A stretch of DNA of 64,000 bases, taken from assembly GCA_002050235.1 (NCBI GenBank), contig MWST01000001.1, forward strand, positions 4,243 to 68,242, given 5' to 3'. The translations under genes were made by a program, and so were the position numbers. The notes beneath the pieces are model-generated. The model was not told the DNA's origin and ran no database searches. It was given only the letters and a program-made list of their open reading frames with translations. Of the stretch, positions 43,295 to 52,564 are shown in pieces (positions within the stretch are counted from its first letter, which is position 1; each line of letters begins with the position of its first letter). The stretch comes from Polyangiaceae bacterium UTPRO1. Lineage in GTDB: Bacteria > Desulfobacterota > Binatia > UTPRO1.

Positions 43295-44140
43295 GTGACG
43301 CGCCGGATACTACGGGAACCGCTCGTCCACTTCGCCTTGCTCGGAGCCGCGCTCTTCGCGCTCCATCGCGCCGTGGCGCCGCCGCCGCCGACGAGCACCA
43401 TCGTCGTTTCGGCGGCGCTGCAGCGGGGCTTCCGGCAGGAGCACCTGCGCCGCCACGGCCGCCTGCCGACACCCGAAGAAGCGCAGGCGCTCGTCGACCG
43501 CTACGTCGACACCGAGGTGATGCTGCGCGAGGCGCTGGCGCTCGGCCTCGATCGCGGCGACATCATCGTGCGCCGGCGGTTGGTGCAGAAGATGGAGTTC
43601 CTGAACCAGGACATGACGCCGCCCGCGCCGCCGACCGACGCCGACCTCGCGTCCTTCCTGGCAGCTCGACCCGAGCGCTACCAGGTAGCGGCGCGGGCGA
43701 CGATCGAGCACGTCTTCGTGAGCACGCGGCTCCACGCGGGCGATGCGGCGGCGATCGCCGAGGACCTCCAGGCGCGGATCGCCGCGGGCGACGACCCGGC
43801 GCGCCTCGGCGACCCGTTCCTGCGCGGGCGTGTGTTTCGCAACGCCACCGAAGAGGAGATCGCCGGCGTCTTCGGACCGGAGCTGGCGCAGCGGGTGCAG
43901 AGCGCTCCGGTCGGCGCCTGGGTCGGGCCGTATCGGTCGAGCTTCGGGCTGCACCTGCTGCGCGTCTCCGAGCGGGTCGGAGGACGGCCGCCGACGATCG
44001 AGGATGTCCGCCGAGAGCTCGAGCGCGACTGGGAGGAGGAGCGGCGGAGCGAAGCCGCGCGCGCCGCGCTGGCGGCGCTGCGGACCCGCTACGACGTCCG
44101 GATCGAGACGGCGCCGGTGGAGGAGCCGCCGCGCTCGTGA
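43295..44140 (+). CDS. Parvulin-like peptidyl-prolyl isomerase family protein (membrane anchored)
   Basis: N-terminal helix (VHFALLGAALFALH) and a rotamase-like C-terminal part (IEHVFVS...VGAWVGPYRSSFGLHLLRVSE). This is family-level similarity only. Confidence 0.6.
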   Translation: MTRRILREPLVHFALLGAALFALHRAVAPPPPTSTIVVSAALQRGFRQEHLRRHGRLPTPEEAQALVDRYVDTEVMLREALALGLDRGDIIVRRRLVQKMEFLNQDMTPPAPPTDADLASFLAARPERYQVAARATIEHVFVSTRLHAGDAAAIAEDLQARIAAGDDPARLGDPFLRGRVFRNATEEEIAGVFGPELAQRVQSAPVGAWVGPYRSSFGLHLLRVSERVGGRPPTIEDVRRELERDWEEERRSEAARAALAALRTRYDVRIETAPVEEPPRS

Positions 44141-45168
44141 GGACGGAGACACGACTGGCGGCAGCGGCGATGGCGGTGCTGGCGCTCGTCGCCGGCGACG
44201 CGGCGGCGCATACGTTCGAGCCGGCGCTCCTGGATTTTCGCGAGCGCGAGAGCGGCACCTTCGATGTCGTCTGGCGGCCGCCCCGGAAGGAGTCGGGAGC
44301 GGTGCTGCCCGGCGCGCCGCCGCTGGTACCGCGCCTGCCCGCGGCGTGTCGTCCGGTCTCCGACCTCGGCGCCGGCGACGAGTGGACGGCGACGCGCGTC
44401 GCCTGCGGAACGGCACGGCTCCACGGCGAGACGATCGCGGTGCCGGGGATCGCCGGGGGCCGCGTCGATGCGATCGTGCGCATCTCCTGGAACGATGGCC
44501 AGGCGACGAGCGGCGTGCTCACCGATGCGAGCGAGGCCTTCGTCGTGCCCGAAGGTCCGCGCGGCATCCTGGAGCCCGGCGCGCCGCTGGCGGCGATCGC
44601 CGGCCGCTACCTGGAGCTCGGCATCGAGCACATTCTCGGTGGTACCGACCACGTATTGTTCGTGGTCGGCCTCTTCCTTCTCGTCGGCGCCACGCGGGCG
44701 CTCGTGGCGACGGTGAGCGCCTTCACGATCGCCCACAGCCTGACGCTCGCGGCGGCGGTGCTCGGTGTCGTGACGGTGCCGCCGCCGCCGGTCGAGGCGC
44801 TGATAGCGGCGAGCATCGTGCTGCTCGCCCGCGAGCTGCTGCGCGATGCCGGCGAGCCGGCGACGCTCACGCGCCGCTTTCCGTGGCTCATGGCCTTCGC
44901 CTTCGGCCTGCTCCACGGGCTCGGCTTCGCGGGAGCGCTGGCGGAGACCGGCGTGCCCGGCGACCAGATTCCGCTCGCCCTCGTCGCCTTCAATGTCGGG
45001 GTCGAGGTCGGCCAGCTCGCGATCGTGGGACTGTTGATCGGCGTCGCCGCGGCGGCTCCGCGGGCTCTCGCGGCCTGGCCCGGGCGGCGCTGGCTGCCCG
45101 CCTACGGGCTCGGCGCCGTGTCCTCGGCCTGGATGATCGAGCGCATCCTGCGGTTCTGGGCGACTTGA
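44137..45168 (+). CDS. HupE/UreJ-family membrane protein with ~150-aa N-terminal periplasmic extension
   Basis: HupE/UreJ signatures GIEHILGGTDHVLFVVGLFLLV, FTIAHSLTLAAAVLG, LLHGLGFAGAL and AFNVGVEVGQLAIV. A 4-nt overlap with the upstream gene. Confidence 0.8.
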   Translation: MRTETRLAAAAMAVLALVAGDAAAHTFEPALLDFRERESGTFDVVWRPPRKESGAVLPGAPPLVPRLPAACRPVSDLGAGDEWTATRVACGTARLHGETIAVPGIAGGRVDAIVRISWNDGQATSGVLTDASEAFVVPEGPRGILEPGAPLAAIAGRYLELGIEHILGGTDHVLFVVGLFLLVGATRALVATVSAFTIAHSLTLAAAVLGVVTVPPPPVEALIAASIVLLARELLRDAGEPATLTRRFPWLMAFAFGLLHGLGFAGALAETGVPGDQIPLALVAFNVGVEVGQLAIVGLLIGVAAAAPRALAAWPGRRWLPAYGLGAVSSAWMIERILRFWAT

Positions 45169-45257
45169 TGCGTTGAAGAGATCGCCGGTCTCCGGCTAGA
45201 GTCGTGAGCCTTCGGCGCCGGAGCTCTTCCGGCCCGCTCGCCGGACGCCGCATCGAC

Positions 45258-46148
45258 ATGGTCGCAAGCGCAGAAGCACCCAGGCTCATTCTCATCCTCA
45301 GCTCGGAGCGCTCGGGCTCGACGCTGACCCGCGTCGTGCTCGGCGCCAACAGCCGGATCGTCTCGCCGCAGGAGATGTTCCTGATGCGCTATCCGGACTA
45401 CCGCAGCTTCCGGGAGCAGAAGGGGGTCGCAGTCGAGAGTCTGACGGAGTTCTTCGACCTGATCGGGCAACCGCGGGATGCGGCGGCGATCGATGCCGCT
45501 TGCCGGGAGCGCGACACCCTCGACGTCTACCGCTGGCTCCTGGGGTTCCTGGAGCCGGGGCAGTTCCTGCTCGACAAGACGCCCGCCTACGCCAACGACG
45601 GCGATACGCTGCGGCGGTCGCAGCCGCTGCGGCCGTTCTACATCTGGCTCATCCGCCACCCGCTCGGGGTCATCGAATCGCACGTGCGGCTCAAGTTCCG
45701 CGAGCGCCACACCAGGGATCTGAAGGGTCTCGGCCGCCGGCTCCAGGACTTCGTGGTCGACCGGGTGGTGCGCACCGAGAACGGCATGCTGCGGGTAGCG
45801 CGCGGCCGCGAGGTGAAGTGGGTGCTGCAGCAGACGATCATCCGCGAGTTCCTGGCCGGCGTCGCCGAGGAGCAGAAGATCGTCATCAAGTTCGAGGACC
45901 TCGTCCGCGATCCCGAGCCCGCCGTGCAGCGGCTCTGCGCCGCTCTCGGCGTCGCCGTCGAGCCGGCGATGCTCGAGGCCTGCGGGGCGCGCAAGGTGAT
46001 GAATACGAGCCTCGGCGACCCGAACTTCCACCTGCACGACCGCATCGAAGCGAAGACTGCCGACACCTGGCGCGCGGTGTTCGCGGAGGAGCAGCTCACC
46101 CTCGAGACCCGCCGCTTGATGGACGCGATCGGCGTCGTCCGCGACTAG
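45258..46148 (+). CDS. Sulfotransferase-family protein
   Basis: PAPS-binding-loop-like LILILSSERSGSTLTRVVLG near the N-terminus, ~300 aa. Start is ATG 45258 (alternative GTG 45204). Confidence 0.75.
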   Translation: MVASAEAPRLILILSSERSGSTLTRVVLGANSRIVSPQEMFLMRYPDYRSFREQKGVAVESLTEFFDLIGQPRDAAAIDAACRERDTLDVYRWLLGFLEPGQFLLDKTPAYANDGDTLRRSQPLRPFYIWLIRHPLGVIESHVRLKFRERHTRDLKGLGRRLQDFVVDRVVRTENGMLRVARGREVKWVLQQTIIREFLAGVAEEQKIVIKFEDLVRDPEPAVQRLCAALGVAVEPAMLEACGARKVMNTSLGDPNFHLHDRIEAKTADTWRAVFAEEQLTLETRRLMDAIGVVRD

Positions 46149-46186
46149 TAGTAGCGCGGCGCCGGCGGCGGCGCCGTTGCTGCCGC

Positions 46187-46444
46187 TCAGACGTCCAGCA
46201 GCGTCCGGGTGTCGTGCCAGAGTACGAGTCCGACGCTCGCAGCCCATTCGGCTGCGAAGCTCAGGCGGGGAGTGCGCATGATCGGCACGATTGCGAGCGG
46301 CCCGAGCACGGCGGCTGCTAGGACGAGGATCCGGAGCGGCCGGTAGTACCGGGCGATCGCCGCGCTCTGACCCTCGCCGCAGGCGCGGCGGTAGCGATCG
46401 GTCTCGTCGATCGCGTGCTCGCAGCGCCAGCAATGCGTCGTCAT
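46187..46444 (-). CDS. Small hypothetical protein with N-terminal Cys pair and one membrane helix
   Basis: 85 aa from the ATG at 46444: MTTHCWRCEHAIDETDRYRRACGEG... followed by the hydrophobic segment LRILVLAAAVLGPLAIVPI. The track ORF (166 aa) is extended by an Arg-rich N-terminus. Weak evidence. Confidence 0.35.
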   Translation of the reverse strand: MTTHCWRCEHAIDETDRYRRACGEGQSAAIARYYRPLRILVLAAAVLGPLAIVPIMRTPRLSFAAEWAASVGLVLWHDTRTLLDV

Positions 46445-46563
46445 CGCACGAGACGACCGCGGCGCGGACCCGGCAACGAGCCCGGATCGCGTCCCGGTGC
46501 CGCAAGCGTTGCGTTCTGCGGCGCTGGCGTCGAGTCGCACGTCTGCTACTCTGCGCGACCTCC

Positions 46564-47790
46564 ATGGACGCAGCGGCGCGACGGGCGAGCGGTGGGTGGC
46601 GGAGCGGGTGGTGGCTGCGGACGCTGACTTGCTTCCTCGCGTTCGCCGCGGCCGCCTGCGGCAGGACGGCGCCGCCGCCGCCACCACCGCCGCCGGTCGC
46701 CGTCGCCCACCCGCTCGTGCAGGCGGTGGTCGAGTGGGACGAGTATACCGCGCGCCTCGCGGCAGTGAGCGCGGTCGAGGTCCGGCCGCGCGTCAGCGGC
46801 TATCTGCAATCGGTTCACTTCGTCGACGGCGCCATCGTGGCCGCCGGCGACCTGCTCTTCGTGATCGACCCTCGTCCCTACGAGGCCGTGCTCAATCGGG
46901 CGCGCGCCGACCTGGCGCTCGCCGAGGCGCGCCTCGATCTGGCGCGCAAGGATCTGGTGCGGGCGGAGTTCCTCGTCAAGTCCCGCGCCATCTCTCAGGA
47001 GGAGGTGGACACGCGTGCCGCCACGGTGCGGCAGGCGGAGGCGGCGGTCGGAGGGGCGCGGGCGGCGGTCGACGCTGCCGCACTCGACGTCGAGTTCACG
47101 CACGTGACGGCGCCGATAGGCGGGCGCGCCAGCCGGCACCTGGTCACCGAGGGCAACCTCGTCGTCGGCGGCGGCACCAGCAACGCGACGCTCCTCACCT
47201 CGATCGTCTCGATCGACCCCATCTGGGCATACTTCGAGATCGATGAGCAGGCGTACCTGCGCTACGCGCGTTTGAACCTGGCGGGAGAGCGGCCGAGCTC
47301 GCGCGAAGTACAGTATCCGGTGCAGGTGGCGCTCGCCGACGAGCCCGACTTCCCGCACGCCGGCGCGATGGACTTCATCGACAATCAGTTCGATCCCGAG
47401 ACGGGGACGATGCAGGGGCGCGCCGTGCTGCCGAATCCGGATCAGCTCTTCAGTCCCGGGCAGTTCGTGCGGCTGCGCCTGGCGGGGAGCGGCCGCCACG
47501 ACGCGGTGCTGATCCCGGACGAGGCCGTCGGTACGGACCAGGCGCAGCGCTTCGTCTGGGTCGTGGACGGGGAAAACCGGGTGCACTACCGCGCCGTCGA
47601 GCTCGGACCGCTGTACGAGGGCAAGCGCATCGTCCGCTCCGGCCTCACGGCGGCGGATCGCCTCGTCGTCTCCGGACTGCAGCGCGTGCGCCCGAACATC
47701 GTCGTGGCGCCGATGGAGGAGGCGCTGACAGCGGCCACCGACGCCGCGCCGCCGCCGTCGCCGCTGCCGAGTGCGACGCCGGCCAGCTGA
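46564..47790 (+). CDS. RND efflux periplasmic adaptor (membrane fusion protein)
   Basis: Lipoprotein-like signal (LAFAAAAC) and MFP motifs (VEVRPRVSGYLQSVHFVDGAIVAAGDLLFVIDPRPYEA, coiled-coil hairpin, FTHVTAPIGGRAS, GQFVRLRL). ATG at 46564. Confidence 0.9.
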   Translation: MDAAARRASGGWRSGWWLRTLTCFLAFAAAACGRTAPPPPPPPPVAVAHPLVQAVVEWDEYTARLAAVSAVEVRPRVSGYLQSVHFVDGAIVAAGDLLFVIDPRPYEAVLNRARADLALAEARLDLARKDLVRAEFLVKSRAISQEEVDTRAATVRQAEAAVGGARAAVDAAALDVEFTHVTAPIGGRASRHLVTEGNLVVGGGTSNATLLTSIVSIDPIWAYFEIDEQAYLRYARLNLAGERPSSREVQYPVQVALADEPDFPHAGAMDFIDNQFDPETGTMQGRAVLPNPDQLFSPGQFVRLRLAGSGRHDAVLIPDEAVGTDQAQRFVWVVDGENRVHYRAVELGPLYEGKRIVRSGLTAADRLVVSGLQRVRPNIVVAPMEEALTAATDAAPPPSPLPSATPAS

Positions 47791-47799
47791 GCAGCCACC

Positions 47800-50700
47800 G
47801 TGAGCCTGCCGCACTTCTTCATCGACCGCCCCATCTTCGCCGCGGTGCTCTCGATCGTCACGATTCTGCTCGGGGCACTCGCGTATCGGGCGCTGCCCAT
47901 GGCGCAGTATCCCGAAGTCGTGCCGCCGACGATCGTGGTGCGGGCGGCGTATCCCGGCGCGCCGCCGGAGGTGATCGCCGACACGGTCGCGGCGCCGATC
48001 GAGCAGGAGGTGAACGGCGTCGAGGACATGCTCTACATGTCTTCGCAGTGCACCACCGACGGGCGGATGGCGCTGACGATCACCTTCAAGCTCGGCACCG
48101 ATCTCGACAAGGCACAGGTGCTCGTCCAGAACCGCGTCGCCATCGCCGAACCGCGCCTGCCCGAGGACGTGCGGCGGATCGGCGTCACCACGGTGAAGAG
48201 CTCTCCGGATCTCCTCATGGTCGTGCACCTGCTCTCGAAGGACCAGCGCTACGACCAGCTCTACATCGGCAACTACGCGCTCATCCAGGTGCGCGACGTG
48301 CTGTCGCGCATCGACGGCGTCGGCGACGTGACCCTCGGCGGACTGCGCGAGTACAGCATGCGCGTCTGGCTCGATCCGGATCGGCTGGCGAGCCGCAACG
48401 TGACGACCGGCGACGTCGTCGCTGCGCTCCGCGAGCAGAACGTGCAGGTGGCCTCGGGGATGATCGGACAACCCCCGGCAGTCCCGGGAACGGCCTTCCA
48501 GTTGCCGATCAAGACCTTGGGGCGGCTGTTCGACGCCGAGCAGTTCGGAGAGATCGTCATCAAGACCGGGGTCGATGGGCGCGTCATCCGCATCCGCGAC
48601 GTGGCGCGCGTCGAGCTCGGAGCCCGCGACTATTCCGTCAACAGCTACCTCGACGGCGAGCCTGCCGTAGCGATGTTGATCAGCCAACGGCCCGGATCCA
48701 ATGCGCTGGCGACCTCGGACGCCGTCGAGCGCACGATGGAGGAGCTCTCGGCGAGCTTCCCCGAGGGCATCGAATACCGCATCGTCTACAACCCGACGGT
48801 CTTCGTCCGCGAGTCCATCGACGCGGTGATCCACACGCTCTACGAGGCGATCGTCCTCGTCGTCATCGTGGTGCTGGTCTTCTTGCAGAGCTGGCGCGCG
48901 AGCCTGATCCCGCTCCTCGCCATTCCGGTCTCGATCGTCGGCACCTTCGCGGCGATGGCGGCGCTCGGCTTCGCGCTCAACATGCTGTCGCTATTCGGCC
49001 TGGTGCTGGCGATCGGCATCGTCGTCGACGACGCGATCGTCGTCGTCGAGAACGTCGAGCGGCATCTGCGCGCCGGCCTGGCGCCGCGCGAGGCGACGTT
49101 CAAGGCGATGGAGGAGGTGACGTCGGCGGTCATCGCCATCGCCTTCGGTCTCTGCGCGGTGTTCGTGCCGACCGCCTTCCTCGGCGGCATCACCGGGCAG
49201 TTCTACCGGCAATTCGCGCTCACGATCGCGGCGGCGACGCTGCTCTCGGCGTTCAACTCGCTGACGCTATCGCCGGCGCTGTGCGCGCTCCTGTTGAAGC
49301 CGCACGGCGCGCCCCAGGACTTTCTCGAGGTCGTGACCGCGCGCGTGTTCGGGCGCTTCTTCGCCTGGTTCAATCGCGCCTTCGAGCGGATGACCGGGCG
49401 CTATGCGACCTCGCTCGGATGGGTGCTGCGGCGTCCGAGCCTCGGGCTCGTGCTCTACGCCGCCCTCCTGGCGGTGGCCGGATTCCAGCTCCGCCACATT
49501 CCGACCGGCTTCATCCCGCCGCAGGACAAGGGCTACCTGATCGCCGCCATCCAGCTGCCCGACGGCGCCTCCCTCGAGCGCACCGATGCGGTGGTCCGCA
49601 AGGCGACGCAGCTCATCCTCGAGTCGCCGCACGTCGCGCACGCGGTCGGGCTCGCGGGCTTCTCGGGCGCGACGCGCTCCAACAGCTCGAACGTCGGCGC
49701 CTTCTTCATCAATGCGAAACCTTTCGACGAGCGCCTGCACGGACCTTCGGCCGACGAGATCCAGCGCGATATGCAGCACCGCCTCGAGGCGATCGACGAG
49801 GCGCAGGTCTTCGTGCTGCCGCCGCCCCCGGTGCCCGGCCTGGGCTTCGTCGGCGGCTTCAAGGTGCTGGTGCAGGACCGCGCCGGTCACGGGCTGCGGG
49901 CCCTGCAGGCCGCCACCGATCAACTGGTCGAGCAGACCTATCAGGATCCCGACGTCAGCCACGTGTTCACTACCTTCCGCGCCTCGACCCCGCAGCTCTA
50001 CGCCAACGTCGATCGCATCAAGGCGCAAAAGCTCGGCGTGCCGCTCAAGAACGTCTTCGACACGCTGCAGGTGTACCTCGGGTCGCTGTACGTGAACGAC
50101 CTGAACCTGTTCGGCCGCACCTTCCAGGTGTGGGCCCAGGCCGAGGCGAAGTTCCGCTCCGAGGCGCGGGACATCGAGCGCCTGCAGACCCGCAACGTCG
50201 ACGGTGCGATGGTGCCGCTCGGGTCGGTGCTCGGAGTCGAGCAGCAGAGCGGTCCCGATCGCGTCGTCCGCTACAACATGTACCCGGCCGCGGAGGTGCA
50301 GGGCGACATGGCGCCCGGCGGCAGCCTCGGCTCCGCGATGGCGGCGATCCAGCGGCTCGCCGGACAGCTGCCGCTCGGCTTCGGCATCGCCTGGACCGAC
50401 ATCGCCTACCAGGCGCAGCTCGTCGGCAACAGCGCGCTCTTCATTTTCCCGCTCTGCGTCCTCTTCGTGTTCCTCGTGCATTCCGCGGAGTACGAGAGCT
50501 GGTCGCTGCCGCTCGCGATCATCCTGATCGCGCCGATGAGCCTGCCGTTCGCGCTCCTCGGGATCTGGCTGCGGGGCATGGACAACAACCTCATCACCCA
50601 GATCGGGCTCGTGGTGCTGATCGGGCTGGCTGCGAAGAACGCGGTCCTGATCGTCGAGTTCGCCAAGCAGCAGGAGGACGGGGGCAAGGACCGCTTCGCC

Positions 50701-52389
50701 GCCGCCATCACGGCGGCGCGCCTGCGCTTGCGGCCGATCCTGATGACCTCGTTTGCCTTCATCCTCGGGGTGGTGCCGCTGGCGCGCGCCACCGGCGCCG
50801 GCGCCGAGATGCGGCGCGTCCTCGGCACGGCGGTCTTCAGCGGGATGCTCGGGGTGACCGCGCTCGGGCTCTTTCTCACGCCGATCTTCTACGTGCTGAT
50901 CCGTGGCGCGGTGACCCGCAGGCGCGGCGTCCTAGGTTCGGCGGCGGTGGTTCTGGCGCTTGTCGGTGCCGGGGCTGCGTTCTCCGGTTGCATGGTCGCG
51001 GGGCGGGACTACGAGCCGCCGGCGCTGCGCGTGCCGGAGCGGTTCCGCGGCGCCGGCGGCGCTGCCGAGGCGACGCTCGACGCCCGCGACGCGGTCGAGG
51101 TCGCCTGGTGGAAAGGCTTCGGCGACCCGGAGCTGACCTCGCTCGTCGAGCGGGCGGCCCGGCGCAACCGCGATCTCGCGATCGCCACTGCGGCGGTGCG
51201 CGAGGCGCGAGCCCTGCGCTTCGAGAGCATGCTCGATCTGGCGCCGACCGTGACCAGCAACGCCGGCTTCGTCGAGGCGCGCATCAGCCGCGACAGCATT
51301 CGCGGCAGCGGCGCCTTCGCGGCGATCGAGCGCGAGCGGGGGCTCTACGATGCCGGCTTCGATGCCGGCTGGGAGCTCGACCTCTTCGGCCGGGTGCGGC
51401 GGTCGATCGAGGCGCGGACGGCGGATGTGGCAGCGGCGGAGGGACGGCTGCGGGACGTGTTGGTGAGCGTCCAGGCGGAGGTGGCGCGCGCCTACCTCGA
51501 GCTCCGCGGAGCCCAGCTACGGCTCGATGTCGCCGAGCGCAACGCGGCGAACCAGGCGTCGACCTACGAGCTCACCAAGGTGCTCCTCGAGGGCGGGCGC
51601 GGCACCGAGCTCGACACGGCGCGCGCCGAGGCGCAACTGACGGCGACGCGCGCCATGATCCCCCGGGTCCGCCTCGTCTCCGAGCGCGCCCGGCACCGAC
51701 TCGGCGTGCTGCTCGGCGTGGCGCCGACGGCGCTCGAGGAGGAGCTGGCGGCGCGCGAGCCGCTGCCGCGCCTGCCCGAGCTGGCCGCCGTCGGCTCGCC
51801 GAGCGAGCTCCTGCGCCGCCGACCGGACATCATGACCGCCGAGCACGAGCTCATGGCCGCGACCGCGCGCCGCGGCGTCGCGGTCGCCGATCTCTTCCCG
51901 CGCGTCACCTTCTCCGGGTCGGTGGCGCTGCAGGCGCAGAGCCTCGCCGGACTCGGCGGGGCCGGCAGCGATACCTTCAATTTCGGCCCGCGCATCTTCT
52001 GGGCGGCCTTCGATCTCGGGCGGGTGCGGGCGCGGATCGTCGCTGCCGACGCCCGCAGCGAAGCGGCTCTCGCACGCTACGAACGTACGGTGCTCGGCGC
52101 CCTCGAAGAGACCGAGAACGCCCTGGTGCAGCTGGCGCGCGAGCGCCAGCGCCGCGACGAGCTCCGCGTCTCGGCCGCGGCCAGCGAGCGCGCCACGGTG
52201 CGCGCGCGCGAGCGCTATCAGTACGGCGTCGCCAACTTCCTCGAGGTCCTCGACGCCGAGCGCCGACTGCTGGAGGTGCAGAACGACCTGGCCGACAGCG
52301 AGACGGAGACCGCGACGTCGCTCGTGGCGGTCTACAAGGCGCTCGGCGGCGGCTGGCAGGTGCCGGAGCCGGAGGCGCCGCCGGGCTGA
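47800..52389 (+). CDS. RND efflux permease (AcrB/MexB-like, residues 1-1037) continuous in frame with an outer-membrane-factor lipoprotein module (residues 1038-1529)
   Basis: N-terminus MSLPHFFIDRPIFAAVLSIVTILLG and the full 12-TM RND architecture ending ...LFLTPIFYVLIRGA. Then, with no stop codon, comes VTRRRGVLGSAAVVLALVGAGAAFSGC followed by NodT/OprM-type OMF sequence (DYEPPALRVPERF, WWKGFGDPELTSLV, YKALGGGW). The single ORF is as given in the track; I verified the frame at the junction. Confidence 0.85.
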   Translation: MSLPHFFIDRPIFAAVLSIVTILLGALAYRALPMAQYPEVVPPTIVVRAAYPGAPPEVIADTVAAPIEQEVNGVEDMLYMSSQCTTDGRMALTITFKLGTDLDKAQVLVQNRVAIAEPRLPEDVRRIGVTTVKSSPDLLMVVHLLSKDQRYDQLYIGNYALIQVRDVLSRIDGVGDVTLGGLREYSMRVWLDPDRLASRNVTTGDVVAALREQNVQVASGMIGQPPAVPGTAFQLPIKTLGRLFDAEQFGEIVIKTGVDGRVIRIRDVARVELGARDYSVNSYLDGEPAVAMLISQRPGSNALATSDAVERTMEELSASFPEGIEYRIVYNPTVFVRESIDAVIHTLYEAIVLVVIVVLVFLQSWRASLIPLLAIPVSIVGTFAAMAALGFALNMLSLFGLVLAIGIVVDDAIVVVENVERHLRAGLAPREATFKAMEEVTSAVIAIAFGLCAVFVPTAFLGGITGQFYRQFALTIAAATLLSAFNSLTLSPALCALLLKPHGAPQDFLEVVTARVFGRFFAWFNRAFERMTGRYATSLGWVLRRPSLGLVLYAALLAVAGFQLRHIPTGFIPPQDKGYLIAAIQLPDGASLERTDAVVRKATQLILESPHVAHAVGLAGFSGATRSNSSNVGAFFINAKPFDERLHGPSADEIQRDMQHRLEAIDEAQVFVLPPPPVPGLGFVGGFKVLVQDRAGHGLRALQAATDQLVEQTYQDPDVSHVFTTFRASTPQLYANVDRIKAQKLGVPLKNVFDTLQVYLGSLYVNDLNLFGRTFQVWAQAEAKFRSEARDIERLQTRNVDGAMVPLGSVLGVEQQSGPDRVVRYNMYPAAEVQGDMAPGGSLGSAMAAIQRLAGQLPLGFGIAWTDIAYQAQLVGNSALFIFPLCVLFVFLVHSAEYESWSLPLAIILIAPMSLPFALLGIWLRGMDNNLITQIGLVVLIGLAAKNAVLIVEFAKQQEDGGKDRFAAAITAARLRLRPILMTSFAFILGVVPLARATGAGAEMRRVLGTAVFSGMLGVTALGLFLTPIFYVLIRGAVTRRRGVLGSAAVVLALVGAGAAFSGCMVAGRDYEPPALRVPERFRGAGGAAEATLDARDAVEVAWWKGFGDPELTSLVERAARRNRDLAIATAAVREARALRFESMLDLAPTVTSNAGFVEARISRDSIRGSGAFAAIERERGLYDAGFDAGWELDLFGRVRRSIEARTADVAAAEGRLRDVLVSVQAEVARAYLELRGAQLRLDVAERNAANQASTYELTKVLLEGGRGTELDTARAEAQLTATRAMIPRVRLVSERARHRLGVLLGVAPTALEEELAAREPLPRLPELAAVGSPSELLRRRPDIMTAEHELMAATARRGVAVADLFPRVTFSGSVALQAQSLAGLGGAGSDTFNFGPRIFWAAFDLGRVRARIVAADARSEAALARYERTVLGALEETENALVQLARERQRRDELRVSAAASERATVRARERYQYGVANFLEVLDAERRLLEVQNDLADSETETATSLVAVYKALGGGWQVPEPEAPPG
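50911..52389 (+). other. OMF (NodT/OprM-family) module with its own lipoprotein signal peptide and potential internal GTG start
   Basis: The GTG at 50911 is in frame with the RND part. n-region TRRRG, h-region VLGSAAVVLALVGAGAAF, lipobox Cys codon at 50989-50991. 492 codons to the stop at 52389. Confidence 0.8.
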
Positions 52390-52564
52390 GGCGCGGGCCG
52401 ATTTCACGGCTGCGGCGCCTTACCGGGAGCCGCTTGGGTCGGGTGCCGGACGCAGGTCGCCGCACCGCTGCGTGCCGACTTTGGGGGTATGGAGGCTCGG
52501 CACGACTCCATGCCCGCGGCGGCTTGCCGGGACTGCTTGGGTCCGCCGCCCGCAGCAGTTCGCC

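Noticed and set aside
40174-43401. 1075-aa minus-strand ORF opposite the dockerin-like and DUF3604 genes
   Set aside because: Low-complexity Arg/Ala/Gly translation. The plus strand has the DUF3604 signature with a signal peptide and an AGGAGG RBS.
52485-52515. 10-bp stem hairpin (GGGTATGGAG ... CTCCATGCCC, 11-nt loop) in the convergent gap between the efflux ORF and rnd, considered as a bidirectional terminator or small RNA
   Set aside because: There is no flanking T/A tract on either strand and no conservation information. GC-rich DNA yields such stems frequently, so it is too weak to call.
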